From: a virus | IMG/VR virus record: IMGVR_UViG_3300045973_000302 | Span: 1-57,146 of that record | Reading direction: 5' to 3' (one strand) | DNA: 57,146 nt | Shown: positions 9,280-16,446 of the stretch, piece by piece | Numbering within the stretch: position 1 is the stretch's first letter | Layout: each line of letters begins with the position of its first letter | Translations under genes and position numbers: made by a program | Notes under the pieces: generated by a model | Told to the model about the DNA's origin: nothing | Database searches by the model: none | What the model saw: only the letters and a program-made list of their open reading frames with translations

Positions 9280-9777
9280 ATTTAATAGAGGCTTTATGGA
9301 AATCAAACCAATCATAGCTCAACCAAGAGATCTGAATCCTCAAGGGAGTGAAGAGGTTAAACCAAAAGCCCCTGTCGTTGAACTTGAAGCTAAAAAGGTT
9401 GAGAAAGAGGCTAAGACTGATACAGTCACTATCTCCCCAGAAGCTTTGAAAATGGTAGCTGCCAATATTGAATTTGTGCGAGTCCCACCTTGGACACCAC
9501 AAACTATTGACCCTACAAAATAATTTTGCTAAATAATACTAAAGTTTTTAAAACTGATGCCGACAAGGTATTTTAAGCTGCACAAAATTTAAACAGGACA
9601 CTGAAAATGAAACCATCGATACTCACAACTCAGCTGCAAAAACATTGGCTCTCAAGAGCAGAGTATTCCTGTACCTTGAGTCCGTCAATGCCAGCAGCCC
9701 CAGTACAGAATATTGATACACGCTTTAATTATGAGGTTAATCCCCTCTAAGCGTACCTACAGAATAGTAATAAGGGA

Positions 9778-9814
9778 AATCCCTTCTACTTGACTGTAGA
9801 AGGGATTTTTTAGT
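9778..9814 (+). terminator. Rho-independent terminator
   Basis: AAATCCCTTCTAC-TTGACT-GTAGAAGGGATTTTTT. Confidence 0.85.
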
Positions 9815-9839
9815 TTCTAGCTCTTTTAAAATTGAATAT

Positions 9840-9914
9840 GAACCGTGAGACAGCTGGCGTGGTCAACACCCTTTCAAGGTGTGAAGATGGGATCGAAACC
9901 CATACGGTTTACCA
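9840..9914 (+). tRNA. tRNA-Glu(UUC)
   Basis: GAACCGT/ACGGTTT, loop CTTTCAA, T-arm ATGGG-ATCGAAA-CCCAT, CCA. Confidence 0.85.
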
Positions 9915-9922
9915 AAATATTA

Positions 9923-9999
9923 TCAGTGTGTAGGCTAAAGGCTAGTCGCTACGTTTGGGGCGTAGATCATGCAGGTTCGATCCCTGTCACACTGACCAT
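9923..9999 (+). tRNA. tRNA-Pro(UGG)
   Basis: TCAGTGT/ACACTGA, CTACG-TTTGGGG-CGTAG, CCA. Confidence 0.88.
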
Positions 10000-10004
10000 T
10001 TTTG

Positions 10005-10077
10005 GGGCTTTAGTATAACGGGATTACAGTGGCCTTGCAAGTCATTGATTGGAGTTCGACTCTCCAAAGCTCCACCA
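10005..10077 (+). tRNA. tRNA-Ala(UGC)
   Basis: GGGGCTT/AAGCTCC, loop CTTGCAA, CCA. Confidence 0.88.
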
Positions 10078-10084
10078 AGTAGAA

Positions 10085-10159
10085 GGTGCATAAGTGTCAA
10101 TGGGCGCACACAACCCTGTCAAGGTTGAAGAACGGGATCGAAACCCGTATGCACCGCCA
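10085..10159 (+). tRNA. tRNA-Asp(GUC)
   Basis: GGTGCAT/ATGCACC, loop CTGTCAA, CCA. Confidence 0.88.
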
Positions 10160-10167
10160 AAATATGT

Positions 10168-10241
10168 AGGGGTATGGTGTAATGGTAACATCTTTGACTT
10201 TGAATCAAAAGTTCCCAGTTCAACTCTGGGTACCCCCGCCA
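10168..10241 (+). tRNA. tRNA-Gln(UUG)
   Basis: TTTGA-CTTTGAA-TCAAA; acceptor AGGGGTA/TACCCCC (A1/C72 unpaired), CCA. Confidence 0.85.
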
Positions 10242-10262
10242 AGTTCTTTCAAAATTAAATAT

Positions 10263-10340
10263 TGGCGTATAGCGATCAGGGAGATTGCATTCGGCTGTTA
10301 ACCGAAAATGAGGCTGGTTCGATTCCAGCTACGCCAGCCA
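10263..10340 (+). tRNA. tRNA-Asn(GUU)
   Basis: TGGCGTA/TACGCCA, TTCGG-CTGTTAA-CCGAA, CCA. Confidence 0.9.
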
Positions 10341-10344
10341 AATT

Positions 10345-10419
10345 GGGGGTATAATTCAAATGGTAGAATATACGACTTTTAATCGTACTATCTCAGTTCG
10401 ATCCTGAGTACCCTCACCA
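10345..10419 (+). tRNA. tRNA-Lys(UUU)
   Basis: TACGA-CTTTTAA-TCGTA, CCA. Confidence 0.9.
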
Positions 10420-10427
10420 ATTTAAAT

Positions 10428-10502
10428 GGATGTTTAGCATAATGGTAATGCCCTCGCCTGTAAAGCGACAAGATAGTGGTTCAAGTCCATTAACATCCAC
10501 CA
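10428..10502 (+). tRNA. tRNA-Tyr(GUA)
   Basis: GGATGTT/AACATCC, loop CTGTAAA, CCA. Confidence 0.85.
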
Positions 10503-10509
10503 ATTTCAT

Positions 10510-10580
10510 GGCAGATCATCAAGGATGGTCTTTCTCTCATAAAGAAGGATAGGCTGGAGCGTTACCAGCATCTGCTACCA
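10510..10580 (+). tRNA. tRNA with CAU anticodon (Met or Ile2), non-canonical T-loop AGCGTTA
   Basis: GGCAGAT/ATCTGCT, loop CTCATAA, T-arm GCTGG-AGCGTTA-CCAGC, CCA. Confidence 0.8.
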
Positions 10581-10593
10581 AAAGGAATTTGCC

Positions 10594-10839
10594 ATGAGTT
10601 ATGTTGAACCAGTTATAAATGATGCATGTAAGGAAGCCCAAACAAGACGATTGGAAAGCCAATCAAAGGCATCAAGAATTACAGTTGATCAGGCAATAGC
10701 TCAAACAAAATCGATTCAAGATATACTTTTTAAATTGACAAGTGACAGTCCTTTAGATAAGATGGTTTATGTTGGTAGAGGGTATTCTATCAAAGACCTC
10801 AAGGATGATTTGAAGGAGTTGCAAAGTGAAACTAATTGA
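10594..10839 (+). CDS. hypothetical protein
   Basis: ORF between tRNA genes. Confidence 0.55.
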   Translation: MSYVEPVINDACKEAQTRRLESQSKASRITVDQAIAQTKSIQDILFKLTSDSPLDKMVYVGRGYSIKDLKDDLKELQSETN

Positions 10840-11242
10840 ACAAATCAAAGCTGATCGGATGGTTGCTTTCAAAAACCAAGAGCATATCAAGAAAAACATC
10901 TTGGGCTGTTTGATTGCGGAGTCAAGTAAGGAAAGTAAAGACCCTAGTGATGAAAAAATTCTCTCTACCATTAAGAAGTTCATTGATGGTTCAAAAGAGA
11001 TCCAAGCTGCTACATCTGAAGGTAGCAACGAGTTTTTTCAAGCGGTAAGAGAAGAGGAAATTCTCTCTGAATACCGTCCTAGCCAGCTTACCGAAGACGA
11101 AGTAAGGGTTATCATCAAGCATCTGGGTGAAATGGATTTAAAGGGCATCATGGCTCATTTCAAGACCTATCACGCAGGGCAGTATGATGGTAAAATGGTT
11201 TCAACAATAGTAAAAGAATCTTTTGTAAGATCTAGGTGGTAG
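10826..11242 (+). CDS. hypothetical protein
   Basis: ORF overlapping upstream stop; helical. Confidence 0.55.
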   Translation: MKLIEQIKADRMVAFKNQEHIKKNILGCLIAESSKESKDPSDEKILSTIKKFIDGSKEIQAATSEGSNEFFQAVREEEILSEYRPSQLTEDEVRVIIKHLGEMDLKGIMAHFKTYHAGQYDGKMVSTIVKESFVRSRW

Positions 11243-11286
11243 CGGATTACCTTAAATGATCCCTCTGAGAAAGGGGTAGCCGACAC

Positions 11287-11362
11287 GGGAAGATAGCAAT
11301 GATGGTTCATGCGTCTGGTTGAAGCCCAGATCATGTTGGTTCGATCCCAACTCTTCCCACCA
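11287..11362 (+). tRNA. tRNA-Phe(GAA)
   Basis: GGGAAGA/TCTTCCC, TCTGG-TTGAAGC-CCAGA, CCA. Confidence 0.88.
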
Positions 11363-11367
11363 TTTTA

Positions 11368-11442
11368 GCCTCTTTAGTATAGAAGTCTATACACTTGCCT
11401 GATAAGCGAGAGAGATTGGAGCGTTACCAATAAGAGGCACCA
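11368..11442 (+). tRNA. tRNA-Ile(GAU), non-canonical T-loop AGCGTTA
   Basis: GCCTCTT/AAGAGGC, CTTGC-CTGATAA-GCGAG, ATTGG-AGCGTTA-CCAAT, CCA. Confidence 0.85.
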
Positions 11443-11450
11443 AAAGTTTA

Positions 11451-11526
11451 TCAGGGGATAGGTATAAGAGTACTGCCAGCGTTGGTGCTGGAGAGAGCAA
11501 GGTTAATCGTCTTGTGAACCTGACCA
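11451..11526 (+). other. degenerate tRNA-like element
   Basis: 76 nt between two tRNAs, ends CCTGACCA, hairpins CCAGC/GCTGG and CAAGG/TCTTG, weak acceptor. Confidence 0.35.
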
Positions 11527-11535
11527 AATTGAAAT

Positions 11536-11609
11536 GTGTAGGAATGCAAAAAGTGAGCACACTGGCTGTGACCCAGTGGTAGACGGAGCATTACCGTCCC
11601 TACACTCCA
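11536..11609 (+). tRNA. tRNA-His(GUG), non-canonical T-loop AGCATTA
   Basis: GTGTAGG/CCTACAC, CTGG-CTGTGAC-CCAG, GACGG-AGCATTA-CCGTC, CCA. Confidence 0.85.
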
Positions 11610-11627
11610 AACTAAAAAGGAAACGTA

Positions 11628-11822
11628 ATGGATCAAGCAAGTAGAAAATCAACGTATGATGTAATTGTTGTCGGTGGGAAGAAATTGATGAACTGCCAAG
11701 ATAAACAAGTTGCCCAGGAATTGTATAATGAGTTCAAACTCCAATTCCCAACCGAAACAGTTCTCTTTTGTACCAATACCCCTACTGTTAGTAAGGGGCA
11801 GATTGAACCTGATCTTTATTAA
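11628..11822 (+). CDS. hypothetical small protein
   Basis: ORF between tRNAs, SD AAAGGAAACG. Confidence 0.5.
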   Translation: MDQASRKSTYDVIVVGGKKLMNCQDKQVAQELYNEFKLQFPTETVLFCTNTPTVSKGQIEPDLY

Positions 11823-11825
11823 TTT

Positions 11826-11918
11826 GGTGAGGTAACTTGAAAGGTTCTAGACCGACTTGGAAAGTCGTGGGATCGTGCTAAGACCACGGTTGGGCTTCAA
11901 TTGCTCACCTCATCGCCA
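11826..11918 (+). tRNA. tRNA-Ser(GGA)
   Basis: GGTGAGG/CCTCATC, loop TTGGAAA, long variable arm, CCA. Confidence 0.75.
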
Positions 11919-11933
11919 GTTCTTTGAAAATAT

Positions 11934-12025
11934 GGAAGGTAGCGTTCATGGGAACAAACTGCCTTGAAAGCAGTCGCCATCGTGCTAGTACCACGGTGAG
12001 GGTTCGATTCCTTTATCTTCCTCCA
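11934..12025 (+). tRNA. tRNA-Ser(UGA)
   Basis: ACTGC-CTTGAAA-GCAGT, long variable arm, CCA. Confidence 0.88.
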
Positions 12026-12030
12026 ATTTT

Positions 12031-12152
12031 AGTTAATTAGTATAACTGGTAGTACTCTTCTGCAGAGGCTGTAGCTAGTTCGATTCTAGCGATAGGGTGG
12101 TTCCCACGTAAGTCCATAAGAAGACGGTGTTGGTTCGAATCCAACATTAACT
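12031..12152 (+). other. irregular/interrupted tRNA-like element with two T-arms
   Basis: AGTTAAT...ATTAACT 7-bp acceptor around 122 nt; contains GCTAG-TTCGATT-CTAGC and GTTGG-TTCGAAT-CCAAC; no CCA. Confidence 0.5.
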
Positions 12153-12162
12153 AAAGTATCAT

Positions 12163-12236
12163 AGCCCATTAACATAAAAGTAATGTGTCAGTCCTACAAA
12201 CTGAAGAAGAGGGAGCGTTACCTTCATGGGCCACCA
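12163..12236 (+). tRNA. tRNA-Val(UAC), non-canonical T-loop AGCGTTA
   Basis: TCAGT-CCTACAA-ACTGA, GAGGG-AGCGTTA-CCTTC, CCA. Confidence 0.8.
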
Positions 12237-12296
12237 AAAACAGTATGCCATACTAATATGTTTTCCATAAATACTAATAAAAGTATTGGAGAATAT

Positions 12297-12767
12297 ATGA
12301 TATCTAGTAAGTATACTAAAGAAATATTGGAAAAAATTGTAGCTCAATCGTATTGTTTTAGTAATGTATTAACATTATTAGGTGTTAAACAAGCAGGTGG
12401 TACACAATCACATATTAAAAAAATGGTTGAGAAATATGAAATAGATTACTCACATTTTACTGGCAAAGCTTCAAATAAGGGTAAAACTTTTAAAAAGAAA
12501 AGAACAGTTGATAATATTCTTTGTGTTAGTGAAAGCCCTAATAGAGAAAAATCACATCTCCTTCAAAGAGCATTGATTGAAATTGGTAGAGAGTGTAAAT
12601 GTGTTGAGTGTGGTATAGGAAATACATATAACAACAAACCATTAACACTACAGATTGATCATATTGATGGGAATGGAAATAATAATTTGGCTGACAATTT
12701 GAGATTTTTATGCCCTAATTGTCACACGCAAACTTCTAACTATGGGAGTAAAAAACTTAAAATTTAA
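12297..12767 (+). CDS. HNH endonuclease (start revised from 12183, which lies inside tRNA-Val)
   Basis: CVECGIGNTYNNKPLTLQIDHIDGNGNNNLADNLRFLCPNCHTQT; GGAG SD before ATG 12297. Confidence 0.85.
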   Translation: MISSKYTKEILEKIVAQSYCFSNVLTLLGVKQAGGTQSHIKKMVEKYEIDYSHFTGKASNKGKTFKKKRTVDNILCVSESPNREKSHLLQRALIEIGRECKCVECGIGNTYNNKPLTLQIDHIDGNGNNNLADNLRFLCPNCHTQTSNYGSKKLKI

Positions 12768-12770
12768 TAT

Positions 12771-12849
12771 GGGTGAGTATGCTATTTGGTATCGCAGCAA
12801 GTCTTAGAAACTTGTGTTTTTGTCAGTTCGACTCTGACCTCACCTACCA
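12771..12849 (+). tRNA. tRNA-Leu(UAG), short variable region
   Basis: CAAGT-CTTAGAA-ACTTG, GTCAG-TTCGACT-CTGAC, CCA. Confidence 0.8.
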
Positions 12850-12856
12850 AATTTAT

Positions 12857-12930
12857 AGATCATTAGTGTAATGGTAACACGACAAGCTCCAACCTTGTTA
12901 TTGCGAGTTCGAATCTTGCATGGTCTGCCA
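12857..12930 (+). tRNA. tRNA-Trp(CCA)
   Basis: ACAAG-CTCCAAC-CTTGT, CCA. Confidence 0.88.
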
Positions 12931-13000
12931 AAATTTACTATCTACCAATGTGTAGAAAAGTGTAGCTGATATCTTCCAGCTAAGATTGAAGACCTTAAAT

Positions 13001-13072
13001 GCCCCAGCCAACTGGAATGGAGTTTCCCTACGAAGGAAACAGGTGGGAGTTCGATTCTCCCCTGGGGTTCCA
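13001..13072 (+). tRNA. tRNA-Arg(ACG)
   Basis: GCCCCAG/CTGGGGT, TTTCC-CTACGAA-GGAAA, CCA. Confidence 0.88.
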
Positions 13073-13089
13073 AAACTAAAGGATCTTTT

Positions 13090-13719
13090 ATGAAAGTGTT
13101 TGATCACACAAAGTATGACAACTTACTTGGCATACTACAATACGATCATAAAAGTGTTGAAAGTTGGCTGTCCCAGTATAACTTGTGGTTCATTCGCCAG
13201 ATAAATGAAACTGTTGAAAAAGGTATGGATTTACCAATGTTTGTTTACGCATTCTACAGGTATCTATACAAGCAGAAGTGCTTACCAACTCAGGAGCAAT
13301 TGTATCAAGAATATATTAAACATGACTACTTCAAGGGGAAGAATTTATCAGAAGATATCATGATTGGTATCAAAGCAAGATTGCTAAGAGCATACCCAAG
13401 TTTGGTTAGAGATATTCACTTTGCTTTCTATGTGAAAGAAAAGAATCCAAATATAACAGCTCTTTACAGTATGAATCTTGACGTTAAAGAAGGAATTGAT
13501 CTACTCTTGTTGAAGGATTCAAAGTACTATGGGGTTAACCTGTATACAGATACTCCAAGAGGAAAAGAAGCAAGATCATGGAAAACAAAAAGACACGAAC
13601 CATTTTATAATGTTCAGTACATTGAGTTTCCTGTTAAGTTTGAAGAAAGTCATAGATGTGGCAAGTTCAATCTGTATGGTGAGACTGAGTATAACAAGTT
13701 GATGGAACTGATAGCATAG
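13090..13719 (+). CDS. hypothetical protein
   Basis: long ORF, SD GGATC. Confidence 0.6.
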   Translation: MKVFDHTKYDNLLGILQYDHKSVESWLSQYNLWFIRQINETVEKGMDLPMFVYAFYRYLYKQKCLPTQEQLYQEYIKHDYFKGKNLSEDIMIGIKARLLRAYPSLVRDIHFAFYVKEKNPNITALYSMNLDVKEGIDLLLLKDSKYYGVNLYTDTPRGKEARSWKTKRHEPFYNVQYIEFPVKFEESHRCGKFNLYGETEYNKLMELIA

Positions 13720-13727
13720 GGGATGAA

Positions 13728-13922
13728 ATGAGAAGTCTTGATTGCCTACGATTAATTGGAATTGCTCTAGGGCAATCAAAGCCTAGAGAAGTAATAAAAG
13801 CAATCAAAGAAGTATCAGCTCAGATGTATCCTAACAATTTGCCTAGAAGAGAATGGGCTGAAGAAAACATTTACTTGTTCTATGATAGAGAAATAAAATA
13901 TATGGAAGCAATGCGAGATTGA
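13728..13922 (+). CDS. hypothetical small protein
   Basis: tiled ORF. Confidence 0.5.
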   Translation: MRSLDCLRLIGIALGQSKPREVIKAIKEVSAQMYPNNLPRREWAEENIYLFYDREIKYMEAMRD

Positions 13923-13931
13923 GGAACTTTT

Positions 13932-14384
13932 ATGAAATGTACCCAATGTCATCAGGAAAAAGAAGAATCAGAATTTTATTATAGAGACAGGGTTAAAGGT
14001 TTAAGACGAAGTAACTGTAAAGTATGTTGTGAAGAAAGAAGAGATTCATCAAAGTACTATTACATGCATCATGAGAAATACAAAGCTAATACAAGGGCAA
14101 GAAATGATAAAGCAAGAAAAAGAGTACAAGAGTTTGTTCTTTCTTATTTGATAGAGAATCCATGTACGGTATGTGGGGAAAAAGACCCAGTAGTACTTGA
14201 ATTTCATCATAGAGATCCAAGTGAAAAAGAGTATAATGTTAGCCAACTTACTAAAAACGGTTGGAAATTTGATAAATTGAAAATTGAAATGAGTAAATGT
14301 GATGTACTTTGCGCTAATTGTCATAAAAGAGAAACGGCAAAGCAACGTGGAAGTTATAAACTTATGAACGTGTTCCCTCAGTGA
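13932..14384 (+). CDS. HNH endonuclease
   Basis: CTQCHQEK..CKVC..CTVCGEKDPVVLEFHHRDP..CDVLCANCHKRE. Confidence 0.85.
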   Translation: MKCTQCHQEKEESEFYYRDRVKGLRRSNCKVCCEERRDSSKYYYMHHEKYKANTRARNDKARKRVQEFVLSYLIENPCTVCGEKDPVVLEFHHRDPSEKEYNVSQLTKNGWKFDKLKIEMSKCDVLCANCHKRETAKQRGSYKLMNVFPQ

Positions 14385-14444
14385 GGACTGGGCTTAGTCT
14401 GCAAAACTAATGTACAAGGGTTCGACTCCCTTCACGTTCTCCAA
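14367..14444 (+). tRNA. tRNA-Cys(GCA), 5' end inside the HNH ORF
   Basis: GAACGTG/CACGTTC, TTAGT-CTGCAAA-ACTAA, AAGGG-TTCGACT-CCCTT, CCA. Confidence 0.88.
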
Positions 14445-14449
14445 AATTG

Positions 14450-14535
14450 GAAGGGTAGCCTAACGGTAGGGAAACACTTTGCTAAAGTGCCTGGGGTGAA
14501 AGCCCCTGAGAGTTCGAATCTCTCTCCTTCCTCCA
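14450..14535 (+). tRNA. tRNA-Ser(GCU)
   Basis: GGAAGGG/TCCTTCC, loop TTGCTAA, variable arm, CCA. Confidence 0.82.
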
Positions 14536-14659
14536 TAAAAAGAAAGGATCAAAAATGTTAATTTTTAATCCTCGTCATGGGCATATGAATATTTTTGAAG
14601 AGATAATTACGTTTTGTTTATTAGCTCCAGTTATACTTTTTGTTTATTGTTTTCATTGG

Positions 14660-15145
14660 TTATTTGTTGTGACATGTAAAGCAAAGTTCTGAGTTTTCCA
14701 TGTCGGTTACAAGGTGATTAGGTTTGTCGTTAACTGGGTTGTGGCATGACATACAACCAACTTTACCTTCGATGAAGTAGATAGCACGATTAATGTTTTG
14801 CTTGTTGACGTATCTTGGTTTGGTGAAAGAAACTTTAGCATAGTCCATTCCGATTGGGTGACTTCCACTAAGGGTTCCGTTTGATTCACCAATCCCAACT
14901 GCAGCATGATTTGCCAATTTACCATCATGGCAGCTCAAGCACCCAAGGGAAACTATGTCAGGGCGATTGTCATCTTCTGATGTGAAGTCAAGTGGGCGAA
15001 GATCTCTGGAGTTGTTGAGAGTTGTTGCAAAGCGGATTCTCTCAACATAGTCAACCTTAAGGATCTTATTGTAATCACAAGTTCCAGCTTGGGCTGAGAT
15101 TGCTATAAGTGCAAAACTAATTGTCATAAATATTCTTGTTAACAT
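14660..15145 (-). CDS. secreted triheme c-type cytochrome-like protein
   Basis: Signal-peptide-like MLTRIFMTISFALIAISAQAG; three CxxCH motifs (CLSCH, CMSCH, CFTCH); GSHPIGMDY; SD AAAGGAGA upstream. Confidence 0.85.
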   Translation of the reverse strand: MLTRIFMTISFALIAISAQAGTCDYNKILKVDYVERIRFATTLNNSRDLRPLDFTSEDDNRPDIVSLGCLSCHDGKLANHAAVGIGESNGTLSGSHPIGMDYAKVSFTKPRYVNKQNINRAIYFIEGKVGCMSCHNPVNDKPNHLVTDMENSELCFTCHNK

Positions 15146-15277
15146 GGCTTGTTTCTCCTTTAATCTTATAGTTGCAGAGACAATGCCAAGTGAAAGTTAA
15201 GTTATTTCAAGTAGTTAGTACAATTGTTCATTTTTTAATTGTGCATTGTTTGAAAGTGTGGTATAAAGGTTGAACAT

Positions 15278-15351
15278 GGATCTTTCGTCCAACGGTAGGA
15301 CACTCGCCTCATAAGCGACCAATTACAGTTCGATTCTGTAAAGATCCACCA
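15278..15351 (+). tRNA. tRNA with CAU anticodon (Met or Ile2)
   Basis: GGATCTT/AAGATCC, loop CTCATAA, CCA. Confidence 0.88.
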
Positions 15352-15375
15352 AAATAAACTGTAAGGTAAAGTACA

Positions 15376-15525
15376 ATGATAGATATAAATGATAAGATAA
15401 GTGTATGGCATACTACCAACGGTGAAATGCCGCTCCATGTGTTCCTAGGGATGATGTGGCATGAGTATACTGAGTTTGTTAAAACTGGGGATATCCCAGA
15501 ACGATTGAAACAGGTTTATTGTTAA
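15376..15525 (+). CDS. small hypothetical ORF (49 aa) not in the supplied track
   Basis: MIDINDKISVWHTTNGEMPLHVFLGMMWHEYTEFVKTGDIPERLKQVYC. Confidence 0.4.
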   Translation: MIDINDKISVWHTTNGEMPLHVFLGMMWHEYTEFVKTGDIPERLKQVYC

Positions 15526-15582
15526 TCCTGATTCGAATTGTAAATTACATAAATACTATTGTTATGTAATTTCGAATCAGGA
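15526..15582 (+). promoter_or_regulatory. hairpin overlapping a late-promoter-like sequence and sequestering the SD of the HNH ORF
   Basis: TCCTGATTCG..AAATTACATAA-loop-TTATGTAATTTCGAATCAGGA; CATAAATA inside; AGGAG at 15579-15583. Confidence 0.7.
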
Positions 15583-15592
15583 GTTGGAGAAT

Positions 15593-16039
15593 ATGACTAT
15601 ATGTGTTTGTGGGGAAGAAACTAAGAATCCTAGATTTTGTTCTAGGTCTTGTTCAGCAAAAGAAACAAACAAGATTCCTAAAAGGAAAAAAGTTCCATGC
15701 TTTTGTAAAGTTTGTGGGATTGAGATTCCTAGTAGAAATCAATATTGTAATGATCATAATAAGAATATAGTTGATTGGAGTTTAATAACCTACGGTGAAA
15801 TAATAGGAAAACGAGCATACCAAGTCAATTCAAGAATTAGAAATTTATGTAGAAGTCGTTACAAACAACATATTGATTCTTGTGAAAAATGTGGGTATGA
15901 TAAGCATGTAGAGATTCACCATATAAAAGAGATATCATCATATCAAAAGGATGCTTTAATATCAGAAATAAATTCTAGAGACAATTTGAAGTTTTTATGC
16001 CCTAATTGTCACTGGGAAGAACATAATATGTCGGTGTAG
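15593..16039 (+). CDS. HNH endonuclease (start revised from 15584)
   Basis: CEKCGYDKHVEIHHIKEI..NSRDNLKFLCPNCHWEEH; N-terminal zinc-finger-like CVCGEE..CSRSC. Confidence 0.82.
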   Translation: MTICVCGEETKNPRFCSRSCSAKETNKIPKRKKVPCFCKVCGIEIPSRNQYCNDHNKNIVDWSLITYGEIIGKRAYQVNSRIRNLCRSRYKQHIDSCEKCGYDKHVEIHHIKEISSYQKDALISEINSRDNLKFLCPNCHWEEHNMSV

Positions 16040-16106
16040 CTCAATGAGATAGAGCATGGTTCTTCTAAAGCCAATGTTGAGGGTGCAATTCCTTCCACCG
16101 ATGCCA
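16031..16106 (+). tRNA. tRNA-Arg(UCU), 5' end overlaps the HNH stop
   Basis: TGGTT-CTTCTAA-AGCCA, TCGGTG/CACCGA, CCA. Confidence 0.82.
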
Positions 16107-16110
16107 ATTT

Positions 16111-16185
16111 GCCGCCATAGTATAATGGCTATTACAGTAGACTTGTAATCTTCTGATCTCAGTTCGACTCTGAGTGGCGGCTCCA
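16111..16185 (+). tRNA. tRNA-Thr(UGU)
   Basis: GCCGCCA/TGGCGGC, loop CTTGTAA, CCA. Confidence 0.88.
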
Positions 16186-16203
16186 ATTTAGAAAGGGTAT
16201 CCA

Positions 16204-16446
16204 ATGGCACATAATGATGAGTTTGGGTATCATGAACTTCTACATACTGCACATATTGTTGCGTGTATGTGGGAAGATCACATTGAAGGTCATGGGATAA
16301 TGAATGACGATGAAGTATTACGATTTGAGGCTGAACGGATTGGTAAAGAGGTAGCATCATTCTACCAGTTTGTTGGGCGAAGAATCTATGAACTTGGGGA
16401 ACAAACTAATGAAGTTTCTAATCCAACACAACCTGATCAACCCTGA
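16204..16446 (+). CDS. hypothetical protein
   Basis: ORF. Confidence 0.5.
   Translation: MAHNDEFGYHELLHTAHIVACMWEDHIEGHGIMNDDEVLRFEAERIGKEVASFYQFVGRRIYELGEQTNEVSNPTQPDQP

Noticed and set aside
9607-9750. 47-aa ORF MKPSILTTQLQKHWLSRAEYS..
   Set aside because: Weak SD and composition; lies just before a terminator. Could be real but not supportable.
12183-12296. Upstream extension of the HNH ORF from 12183
   Set aside because: It runs through tRNA-Val; ATG 12297 with a GGAG SD is a better start.
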